From Macrostomum lignano (lineage: Eukaryota), in the NCBI GenBank assembly GCA_002269645.1, contig NIVC01000023.1, positions 1,054,001-1,118,000 on the forward strand: a stretch of DNA of 64,000 nt. Direction: 5' to 3'. Position 1 is the stretch's first letter. Every line of letters starts with the position of its first letter. Shown here piece after piece: positions 1 through 11,237 of this stretch. A program made the translations under genes and the position numbers. The notes below the pieces were generated by a model. That model ran no database searches, had not been told where the DNA came from, and saw nothing but the letters and a program-made list of their open reading frames with translations.

Positions 1-82
1 TAGAAAGCATAAAAAATGAAGCGTTAAAGTACTTTCGCACTAGCGAATCAGGCATTTTTGTTATATTGTTTTTCGTTTGTGC

Positions 83-700
83 AACAATGGCAATGATTCA
101 CTGGCCATAGATGATAAACAATGGCAGTGATTCACTGGCCATAGTTGATAAACAATGGCAGTGATTCACTGGCCATAGATGATAAACAATCGCAGTGATC
201 CACTGGCCATAGTTGATAAACAATGGCAGTGATTTACTGGCCATAGATGATAAACAATGGCAGTGATTCACTGGCCATAGTTGATAAACAATGGCAGTGA
301 TTTACTGGCCATAGATGATAAACAATGGCAGTGATTCACTGGCCATAGTTGATAAACAATGGCAGTGATTTACTGGCCATAGATGATAAACAATGGCAGT
401 GATGCACAGGCCATAGTTGATAAACAATGGCAGTGATGCACTGGCCATAGTTGATAAACAATGGCAGTGATGCACTGGCCATAGATGATAAACAAAGGCA
501 GTGATCCACTGGCCATAGTTGGTAAACAATGGCAGTGATCCACTGGCCATAGTTGGTAAACAATGGCAGTGATCCACTGGCCATAGTTGGTAAACAATGG
601 CAGTGATTCACTGGCCATAGATGATAAACAATGGCAGTGGTGCATTGGCCATAGATGATAAATAATGGCAGTGGTGCATTGGCCGTAGAATGGCATTAAT
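83..700. repeat. 34-bp minisatellite (AAACAATGGCAGTGATTCACTGGCCATAGATGAT), ~18 copies
   Basis: Direct reading of the tandem units. The minus-strand ORFs within 302-696 are translations of it. Probably lies in an intron of the minus-strand gene whose first coding exon is 3195-3099. Confidence 0.95.
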
Positions 701-1094
701 TTTCTCCTTCAAGATCCATCCATCAATCCGTATACCCGTATGCAGCAGGGGTGTGCAGCTCATTTACAATGAATGCACTTTTGAACGTGACGACAATAAA
801 CCGTGAAAACTTGGGGGCACAACATTTCAACAAATTACTCCAATAAAAATAGTCCCTCGTCCTGTGTCTATATAGAAGTCCCCCCGCTTTAAAAAATCAT
901 CGCTTGTAGCAGAATCCATGGTGTGAAGAGAGTTGCTTTCGCTGCAAAATATCGGTCGGCTCTGACGGCTATGCTAGTCTGTTACTCCAGGCGAGAAAGT
1001 TTCTTATAATTTCAGCCAACAAATAGAACACTTGTTACACGTTAGCACAATAAAACAAACTTCAGAGTGTGTTGTATAGCAGTTATAAGCGCCC

Positions 1095-1270
1095 TATCTA
1101 TACGGCTATAGGTTGTTAGATTTTATTGCACAAGTCAGGATCGAGGGGCCACGCGAGCTTGATGATGTCTTAGGGGAAAGATCGTTTCCCATCGCCTTGT
1201 GGGATTTTATTAAGTCAGCTGCTACTATGGGGTTATTTAGGGACAGTACACAGAAACTGTCTTATCATTT
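1095..1270 (+). mobile_element. Possible degenerate C-terminus of a non-LTR retrotransposon ORF2
   Basis: Translation PYLYGYRLLDFIAQVRIEGPRELDDVLG...LWDFIKSAA resembles the CPxY...R...LG...L..F tail of LINE ORF2 proteins. No RT motifs visible. Confidence 0.25.
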
Positions 1271-2253
1271 CCTGGGTGCATTTGGACCCTCCGGGATGCT
1301 GAGGGGCAGGTGGAAATCCAGTGCAGCTTGTGCAGCCCCCCCCCTCAAACTGCGGAGGCAGCTGGTATCGCCTATTTTGGCCCCAATGATATATTGCATT
1401 AATACAATGAGGAAGAAGTTCCCAGTGCATCCGGAAACAGTGCTGCATACGCAGAAGCAGCCGTTTATCAAAACTTTCTCTAAAAGCATCCTATTTGCGG
1501 AAATTATACGGCTCGTATGTAGAGCGTAGACCATAAACAGTTGAGAAATTCCCAAACAAATGCATAAACTTTCTTTTTTTGGTGAACTTTTCCTGCAAGC
1601 ATCTTTTTGCCTGAGAGTCTGAAGGTATCGAAAAATCTTGGTGGTCCATGATTAAACAAGAAGTCAATGAGGTTGCTGCTGGAATTCAATTCTAGGTGCT
1701 GATGTCTATGGCAGAAATATCAAATTCGTTGCCTTTTTCTCAGTCTATGTCTATGGGCGAGACCAAATCTACTTGGTTTGCTTCACTATTTAACCTTAGC
1801 TGACGAAATTGCTATTCCATAGAAATACAGTCTTTTTGCGAGTTAATTGGTCGTCAAGCGTTATACTCCTACCGTCAACGGTGTAAACCATTGATTTTTA
1901 TAGCGGTTTTTCTCAAAAAAATTATGCCCACTTGCATAAATATCGCTTTTAGCGATCATTATTCCATTCGGGGCCATTCCAAAAGTGGCATTGACAGTTC
2001 TGTGGCTTTGCACAAATCTCAATAGTCTATGACCCAAGAAAAAATCGCTGGAAGGAGCAATCAGTTTTCCAACGATGTGGTCTATGCTCAAAAGGCTCCA
2101 TAGGAAGTGGGACAGAAGTTTAACTCTGTCTATGGCCAAACTGTACCCTGAACACTCAAGACAGTAAACATAAAGACAACCATCTCCGACTAAAGTCAGA
2201 CTTCAAATCTGTCTTTCTGACTACTTGGCTGGCTTTAGTGTTGTCCGTTTACC

Positions 2254-2693
2254 GTCCTGTTATACAACGCCGAGACCTGGACGCTGACAGACTCGCTCGA
2301 GGCTCAAGTCGACGCGGCGCACGCTGGCCTGCTGCGCGCCGCCTTCAAGATCGGCAACGAGCGAGTCACCAACATGGCGCTCTACCATCGCGCCGGCCTG
2401 GCCCGTCCTAGCGATCTGCTGCGCCGTCGGCGACTCCAGCTGGCAGGCCACGTCATCCGCGCCGAGGCCTACTGTCCGGAGCCGGTGCAGGAGGTGCTGC
2501 TACTTACGTTGCAGGCACCCTACCGGCGGGGACAAGCGAGGACACGGCGCTACGTCGACTGTCTGCTGGCTGACGCCGGCGCCCCGGACTCTGCCGGCGG
2601 TGCGGCCTTTGTTCGCGCCCAAGCTTCGAAGCGTGCCATCTGACGTTGCTTTTTACGACCCGGCAGCGTACTCTGTTGTTGTTGTTGTTGTTG
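2254..2693 (+). mobile_element. 5'-truncated RTE-clade LINE (ORF C-terminus, short 3' UTR, (GTT)n tail)
   Basis: In-frame VLLYNAETWTL...RRRRLQLAGHVIRA...stop at 2643 matches the RTE LYG.ETW and RRL..GHV.R motifs. The (GTT)n tail runs ~2675-2695. The direct repeat GTTTACC at 2247-2253 and 2693-2699 is the likely TSD. Confidence 0.85.
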
Positions 2694-3098
2694 TTTACCA
2701 TAGCAGAGGATCAACCTCCACAAGGTCAAAATGCAAGAATAACCGACGAAACGCAGAGACTCATGATCCAGGCCCACGAACGGGGAGAATCAATGCTGGA
2801 TGTATCCCAGTGGTTGGGCTAAGACTCGTGAAATATATTTACCATACTGTACACAGGCACGCATTCCATACACGCGCTCAAACAGGGTGTACACAGCGGC
2901 CCTGACTTTCTAATCATGAGGCTTGGCCCTCCCGCGTGAAAATCGCAGTGCAAATCCTTAGACAAATTTTCGTCCACAAAAGCCCCAAACATGACTAGAG
3001 GTGCTTGGCCTGCGTACACAATAACGCAAGTTAATACTCTTTTGCGTTGTATAAATTGCATGAACTGAGGTAAAAACAGTATTTTAAGCAGCACTCAC

Positions 3099-3195
3099 CG
3101 CGAGCTTCAGACTCATTATTAGCAGTTGACGAACCAGTCGACAACATTCCATTGAGTGCCAGACAGCATTGCACTATTAATAAAAGGCGATTCAT
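3099..3195 (-). CDS. Probable first coding exon of a secreted or membrane protein (MNRLLLIVQCCLALNGMLSTGSSTANNESEAR); gene continues leftwards
   Basis: Acceptor TCTAG at 3208-3207, ATG at 3195, signal-peptide-like N-terminus, and canonical donor G|GTGAGT at 3098 (phase 1). A likely 5' UTR exon ends at donor AAG|GTAGT (3400). No downstream exon identified. Confidence 0.5.
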
Positions 3196-4289
3196 ATTTA
3201 TAACATCTAGATAATTATAATATGAATTATGATCTATTTCAGATGCTTGATGGCCAACACTAATAGTACATTCTGTCAACTGGAGAGCCGATTCATAAAA
3301 TATTTTTAATAGATAAGCCAATGTTAAGAAAGTTAACTCAACCACTAATTACATGTACGCGTAATTTCGTTCGCGTAATTAGTACATGTACATGACTACC
3401 TTTTCGCTTTGTAAAAATCTAGGAAAGCAGTTGAATTGAATTGATGCTGCCGTCTGTCTCTTCCTGCTGTCTTTCCATGGCCGAAATCTCGCACCACTTT
3501 CCCTGCTTGGGCTTTTTAGGTCAAAGATCGAATCGTGTGGCAACCAACCAACCAATCCAAATCAAGGACCAATAGCAACGTATGGTTGGTTTGTTCAGTT
3601 TTTATAGGCAAATTTCTGGGATACAATGCGTGATTGAAATTTTCCATGTACTCTACTGCAAGTAGAAAAACAGCTAGGGATATTGATGAGGACGCACTTT
3701 TTTTCCAAATTTCACGCTCGCACATGGGTTCCAAACTTGCTAGCCTACTAACAGCAGGCTATGGGCGTTTTTCTTCCTCTTTTGTCATTTTTCTAGATTT
3801 CATACTAGTAGGACTTTTGTAGCTATATTAATCTGCCATACTTGTAGTAATAATAACATAGGCGCGGTTTTTGCTGCTTTTGGGTCATAAATCATTGCGT
3901 CTGAGCTGGTTTGACACCTGCGCCTCACTCAGTGCTGGGTCTGGCGCCAGATGGTCTGAGAGAATGCGAATGATAGCTTTTTTCTCATCATTTTGACAAG
4001 CCATCAAGATTTATGAGGTCAGGGCCTATTGTTCGTGTTCACTCAAGCGTGTGACAGCTTTAATTTGACAGCTATGCTTTTTACCCCTAAAAGTACGTTG
4101 GGATTAGCGATTTGCGATTTCTCTTCATTACCTTCACTTTCTACTTAATAAGAGCTTTAAAGTATATTTTCTCATTAATTTTTGTCACTTCTACGCGAAA
4201 AGTCATAAATCATTTTGTTGCGATCTTGATTGATTTATGGCCGCACCTGTCATTTTTTACGACCCCGAGGGAACCGATAGGATCTCCCG

Positions 4290-4375
4290 GTCACGTGACT
4301 TTGGGTGGCAACAAGCTCAGCCAATCAGAAAATTCGACGTTCATTTTAACAAACCGTCTCAGCCAATCAGAATCG
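4290..4375. promoter_or_regulatory. Cluster of palindromic E-box GTCACGTGAC and two duplicated CCAAT boxes
   Basis: GTCACGTGAC at 4290-4299. CTCAGCCAATCAGAA occurs twice (CCAAT at 4321 and 4363). Confidence 0.35.
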
Positions 4376-7300
4376 ACGTGTTTTATTATAACAAACTGCG
4401 GTCCAGTTGGCGGCTGTTTAAACCTGTGTTTTTGGCCCGCTCCCGAGACTAACCCTTTCTGGAGACCGGCCAGGAACTTGCTCTCTCTCTGGCCCGACCG
4501 TCGTTTCTTGATCCCCGGATTGCGACTTCCCCCATCATCATCAAGGACGAGTCCCCCGGTCATCAGCAGTGAACATCAAAGTTAAGAGCATCACCTGCTA
4601 GCTATCTGCAAAGGTTGTGACATCAGCACCATCCCGGGTCTACAGCTGCGAAGCACTAAGCCGATTCGGTCACTGTGGATTACCTGGTCTCCGGCTGTTG
4701 AGGTTCTGATTGGTTGGGTGAGAGGCTACCTAGACTTGCTTGATTGGGTGATTCCCTATCTGTCCCCTGTTTCAGTAGCTGGATTAGGCGCACACTTTTG
4801 CTCATTTCGCTCAGTAGTGCTGTTGCTGAGGCAGAAGTCATTCAATAATACTGCTAGTAGTCTAAAACTCCAATTCAATCTGAAGTGTGAAGTGATTTAA
4901 GGAGAAGGTTAATTAAATCTGACAGTTATTTTTATCGGTTTTATTTCTTTGTTCGCCGATGGCTCAGATGTGTAGCTAAGCTAGTAGGCGCCGGTCGCAG
5001 TGGACCAATGGCAAGGCAGTTCTCAGTCGATCAATCTATCGAATCAGTTAGCGAAACTGCCAGTAGTGCAGAATCAGCGCCAGAGATGTACTCGTACTTT
5101 GTGCACTCTAGGCTAGCCAAGCGGCTCGGGTAATGAATCACGCGGTCTCTGAAGTTCGAGTTAGTCTATCATCAGCGCTAAGAGAGGCTAGTTGGCGCGT
5201 TGAAGGCCAAAAGTACAATTCTTCGTATTTAGCAATGTAATGGTACATGTACGTAGCTACCCCATAGTCTCGCCACTGCAAGAATCCCCTGCACAAGTCC
5301 CCTCTGTACCTGCATGGCCAATGCGATCAAGTCCCAGCAGAGTCCCTTATCATCGGCTATACTTCGAGATTGACAGCAAAAAGACACTAGTCGGCAGGTA
5401 TGTGCTAAGCCCCCTCTATAGTCGGAAGCCCGATTTCGAAAGTCCCGGTTTGGTGAGTCAGGACGCACGGGCTGGTGGCAGCGGGTTAGTTAACCTGCGG
5501 ATTAGCTGATCTCTACCTACAAAATTCTCCCTGCTTGTCTCTCACTGTCCCTCTCTTAGCTATAGGACCTAGACTGCTCGCCACGATATCAAGCTACCAT
5601 GGGGCTGACCATCTGACAGGAGTGGGGGCCAGGACTCTAATTGATGTCTTTCTGAGACCTGAGGCCCGAAGGCTTCCCCACAAGGGGGCCGAAAGGTCGA
5701 AACCCATCAATATAGCTAATAGCACACGCCAGGCAGGTTAAGTAGTAACTGCAGTTTAGTAATTGTTGCTTAGAAAACAATAGGCCCGTTTAGCCCTGTC
5801 GAGCCTGGAGGCCCGTCCAACTCTGATTCACCATGCAGGAAGGGGTGAAATAAAGGGGCCGTGCCCCCGAAAAATTGGCTGTAAAAGTGCGCGAATTATG
5901 GCGCTCCCATTGGTGCAGGCACCAGGCCCTGCTGTCCTCGAAAAATAGCAAACCCCACCTCAAGACGCGGTCCCAACCCCCCAAATTGTGTGGACTGCAG
6001 TCCGAGTTTTTTATTCAATGTCAAAGTCATCGCAGGAAAAATTTAACATCAATTAATGCATAATGTACGATGTACGCAGGCACGCAGATTAATGTCTGCT
6101 TGAGGTTATATTCTGCGTGTACTTGGATATATACATGTATGATAATAGTCCGTACGCGCGTATAGTGTATATATACACCTGTGCATACAAAAGCTACTTT
6201 TGGAGCGCAAGCGGGACTACAGACATACATTTCACGCGCATATACATACGTCATTTATCATGATTTATGAAATATTATTGAGACCCTGTCATGTGTTCAG
6301 ATTCCGAATGCAAAAAAAATAACAACTGTGAACTTTTTTTGTCTGAAATTATTAAATTAATAAATACTAGTATATATGCAATTTGACTGGAAGCTCATCC
6401 ACTTTTCAGTGACAAAATCTGCACCTGTGATGAAGAGAAGCAGATATACGCAGAAAGATAGTAGGATGATTTTACTTAGAATATTCCGGATGCAAGTGGG
6501 ATAAGTACGCATATAAAAAAAAACAATTTTAAACCTTTTGATATTCTTTCTAGTTAGACGAATCTTGTAAGTATTTCATGTGATACTTAAAAGCGTAATC
6601 ATAGTTTAAAATTGACTTCTGCTTTGGTTTTTAATTTAATTATTCGTCTATCATCCTGTTACATAAAAATAGATTTCTTACATTTACACCATAGCCATAA
6701 ATGTTCCGTCGTCGTGTTTAGAGTTCGTTTAGTAATAAACTTCACTAATGGTTGTGTAATTTGAATTCATCGGTTACTATAAATTATTTGCGGTGCTGAA
6801 ATCAAATTAAATCTGATAGAACTTATGGAAAACTCATCTTGTTTTTTAAATTTTAAAGTCACTAAAAAGGCTAAACTCTACAATAAACAATATGGGCATG
6901 GCACAAGCCACAAATAGAAGTCCTAAGTATCACAGTTTTTAGTAGGCCTAAGCTTTTTCTCTAAAAAGATGCCAATTTGTTATTAGGCCGATTAGAGGCA
7001 GAAAGCTAGATATATATTTTAGAGTTCTTCCATTGCTACAGATACAGACTCGGCAGGCCTATGGCTATGCATATGTCATTGGAAGTTATAGATATTATAC
7101 TAGAGCCATCGAGGTAGAAGATGGAGTAGGCCCTATATTTCCCATGGTTGCTAGGGAGGGAGCCTAGTCATTTCATCTTTGTCATTTTGTCATCTAGGGT
7201 GTATATCACCCTATCTTAATTTAAGTCACAACTATCTTAATTAACATGCTCTAAAAGGAGTCATTTTATTTTTGTCATCTACCAATCATACAAATTAAAA

Positions 7301-7608
7301 AATTCCAAAAAAATAAATTTAGAAATTTTGTATAAAGTTTTTAGTTATTTTAGGCCTATCTAAATTTTAATGCTTGAAAGACTTGGCAAGGCAAGTTGGT
7401 ATCTATTTATTAATATAATTTGAAATAGAGTATATTAGGCCTATCCAAATTTGTAAGCTTAGTTGTTACCTTTACATGTATTAAATATTAATATTATTTT
7501 CTATTTTACAAAGCTTTATTCATTAATTTCACTGATTGGTTAATGACAAAGTATTATAATTTATGATTATGAATTAGAGTATCCATATTTAGCTAATAGG
7601 GTCCTAGG

Positions 7609-9019
7609 TCAATTCAGTGACAAGACATTTCGGTGACAACAACTTTGGTGACACCAGTGGTCAATTTGGTGACAAGCTTTTTAGACTTGATTTGACTATT
7701 TTTCGTTGTTAGGCCTAAATATTAAAATATAGCTGTCACTAAACTCTTATTAAAGTAATAAATGTTTGTATGCTATCCATTATCATTTTGTTCGAGTGCA
7801 TTTCAAGGCATAATCACAGATAGCGCGCACTTAATTTTATCTATAATTTTAATTTTTCAACTTAAGTCAACAACTTGATGATTAGATTTTTTGTACTACA
7901 TCTACATGTATATGTATTGTAGATGTACATAGATGTACATACATGTATATATACATCTTAAAAGCCATTGAACGAGTTTAGAAAACAACTGTATACCTAT
8001 AGCATAGCTTATGATTGTACATATGTTATGTGCTAATTCAGGGACTATTAAAGCAAGGGGTGCCAATAGGGGTGGACCCGCGGATAGAGCTTGATAGAAC
8101 TTATTGAGCCCCCAAAAACCTAAAAACTTATTAACCCAAAAACTTATTGAGCATCCTTTAAACTAGATTTTTGCCTCCTACATGCATTTTTGCACCCTAG
8201 CTTAAAAATTAGTGCCCCTCATACTCCTGTTGGCACCCAAAACTTAGACCAATATCCCCCGCCCTTCCCTCCTTTGATGCTCTATCCGCGGGTCCGCCCC
8301 TATTGGTGCCCCTTGCCTTAGTCCTTGATCAAATTAGCACATAACATACGTACAATCATAAGCTACGCTATAGGTATATAGTTGTTTTCTAAACTTGTTC
8401 AATGGCTTTTAGGACATACATGTATATGTACATCTACAATACATTTACATGTAGATATAGTACAAATAATCTAATCATCAATTGTCATTGACTTGAGTTG
8501 AAAAATTAAAAGTATAGATAAAATTAAGTATGCGCTATCAGTGGGCCTTTTCATATTGCTTGTTCTGGTTCTAGAACCAGAACCAATTTGTGCAGTATAA
8601 CTTTTTGTCTCCATAACTCGAGGGAGATACATGCTATAAAGTTTTTATTATTGAATGATAATCACCAAGAAGAAAGTAAAAATTGTGCTAAGTGAGGTTG
8701 TTAAGGCAGTCAAACATTCAACAGAATTAAATAGTTATACTGCTATTTTTCTTGGAAGATCCAAACTGATTCTGATTCTGGAATTGGTAATATGAAAAGC
8801 CTCAGTGAATATGCCTCGAAACGCATTCAAACAAAATGATAATTGATAGCATATGAACCTTTATTACTTTAATAAGAGTTTAGTGACAACTATATTTTAA
8901 TATTTAACAACAAAAAAATAGTCAAATCAAGTCTAAAAAGCTTGTCACCAAATTGACCACTGGTGTCACCAAAACGTCCCAAGTTGTCACTGAAGTTGTT
9001 GTCACTGAAATGTCTTGTC
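7609..9019. mobile_element. Foldback-type non-autonomous DNA element with ~480-bp imperfect inverted arms
   Basis: 7609-8090 is the reverse complement of 8279-8543 plus 8802-9019 (e.g. GCTTTTTAGACTTGATTTGACTAT / ATAGTCAAATCAAGTCTAAAAAGC and GGACCCGCGGATAGAGC / GCTCTATCCGCGGGTCC). Termini carry GTGACA subrepeats. Confidence 0.85.
8544..8801. mobile_element. 258-bp MITE inserted in the right arm of the foldback element
   Basis: TIR GGCCTTTTCATATT / AATATGAAAAGCC. Flanking direct repeat TCAGTG at 8538-8543 and 8802-8807. The sequence is absent from the left arm. Confidence 0.75.
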
Positions 9020-11237
9020 TTGTCTCAGTTAATAGTTATAATATTTAATATTAATAATATTTTGGTCACTTTATTCATTTATCACATTATTTTATTATTA
9101 GCTTACTTTGTGACAATTAACCAGCAGACTCCAAATTAACTGACAAAGACAAATGAAATGCTTACATTATAATGAGGTAAATAAAAAAAATTATTTATTA
9201 CTTTATAGTAATAAAAATATTATCTAATATACAAAAATGATCTGTCAATATCTATCTACATGATCAATTAGAGAAAAAACAGCTTTTTAAGGTTTTAAAG
9301 CTTAAAAATTATCCTATGGCATAGTGCATAGTTCTGACAATAGTGGCATACCAAAAAACTTTGCCAACTCCCTCGTGTATGCCATGTATATAGTACTACT
9401 GTACTAGGCTACCTAGGAGTATAGGTTCTTATTGCATATGAGAATTTCCCCAAAAAGTATCTTTGATGACTTTGAATATGGGTTATATGGTTAACAATAA
9501 CCTATGCATATAGTTATCAATTTATATTGTATTCTACATCACTTTGAAAGCCATATGAATCTTATTATCTAGCATTCTTGTGTGTATATTGATATTTAGC
9601 TCAAATTTTAATGAAATTTTTACTTATTAAGGTATTTTTCTTTTTTTATTCTTTCTTGCTTTTTCCTTGTTGGCCAAACTGGCATTCCTAGTTGACCTTA
9701 TAAAGTAGCAAAATGCCTCAAATAAGAAGCTCTAAGGAGATGACTCCCATATCATAGACATGTGCTGCTGTTAAGGCTTTTGAAATAAAACTTTATTTGT
9801 AGAAAGTAGAAGCCAAAAAGCATATTTTTAGTCAAGCCAAGTATTAAGTATTGGTGCCAATACTTATGCCAATACTTGGTGCCAATAAGTATTTATTGGT
9901 GCTTACATCAAGTAGTCGAGAAATGTCAAGCAAGTAATCAACACATTTTTTATGCAGTATTTTCTATAGTCACATTGCCAGTGTCATTTTATACAAAGAT
10001 TTATATGAATATATTGTATAATAAACAATTCCAAGATGTGCCCAACAATACAACTGATACAATTGATACAAAAAAGGAAAATGCCATGCTGAACTTTCAT
10101 TGCCATACTGATATTTTCTACATTAAAGGGTATATTTACCCCATATTATATATATATAGACCCATTAAAAATGCTTGACTTCTTGACTTGACCTGATTAA
10201 AACTTCTTGACAGTTGAGTAGTTGAAAAAATAGTCAATAATTTTACTCAACATGTCGAGTACTTGGTTGAGAACTTGTTCTGCCTCTAGTAGAAAGACCA
10301 ACTCTTGAAGCATATTTGCCTAAACTTCATCCATCTAATGTTTATATTGAAGGAAGACATGCAGTGAAATCATGCCAAGGCTATTATTGCCTATCTATAG
10401 GATCAGTTTAAACAAGGTGTCAATGCATCAGAGATTGTTAGCAAGTTTCAACTTGTACATGTGTTTATTCCCTTCACTGTTATAATTATATTAATGTTCT
10501 ACTTGTGTCACTCCAAATGAAAGTTGTAAAGCTGCACTGCAATAATGGGTTCTGTGGGAGGTTTTTAGCTAAAAAAAACTTGCTGTAGTCAGGGTTTTTT
10601 GGTTGTATGGGTTTTTTGGCCCCTTGAAAATCTCATTAGCAACTGGATTTTTTGGCATCAGAGGCCAAGTGTAATGAAAGTGCCATATTTATATTTATTA
10701 AAACTGGCTTAAATATCAAGTTGCAAAAATTGACAATGTCAGCTGGCAACTGGATTTCCAACCTTAAAAAACAAAGGCCTGTAGTTCTTGGTAAGTATCC
10801 AACTGACTGATGAGAACCTTGATATGTAAGTTTTGCTATTTGGCTTGATGAGTCCATCTCTAATGAGCTTTGGCTATCTGCAATCTGCTAAAAATGATTA
10901 TAAATTAGTACTAGGAGAGAAACTTAAAAAATCAACTTTTTTGTAACAAACAATTTGACCAATATTTATGATATGAGTTTTCACGGTAACTGTCAAAGCT
11001 GCAAAGTGTGCATGTATGTGTGCTTCAGACACCTAGATCACCATCCATGTCTTATTTAATTATATTGCAATTGATAATTTTTCGCCTATAAGGTAAATTA
11101 TATAGTGTAGTAAAATAACTGCTTTTGATTGATAGGAAGGAAATTATTATTGCATTCAAAAGTAATTAATTTTTCAGTCTGAAATCCATCAGTAATTATT
11201 TCTCCAAGAAAGTAAAGAAATAATAATAACAATAATA

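Noticed and set aside
6993-10288. Large element bounded by TAGAGGCAGAA / TTCTGCCTCTA
   Set aside because: There is an 11-bp inverted match but the flanks (AGGCCGAT vs GTAGAAAG) show no TSD. More likely two independent MITE ends.
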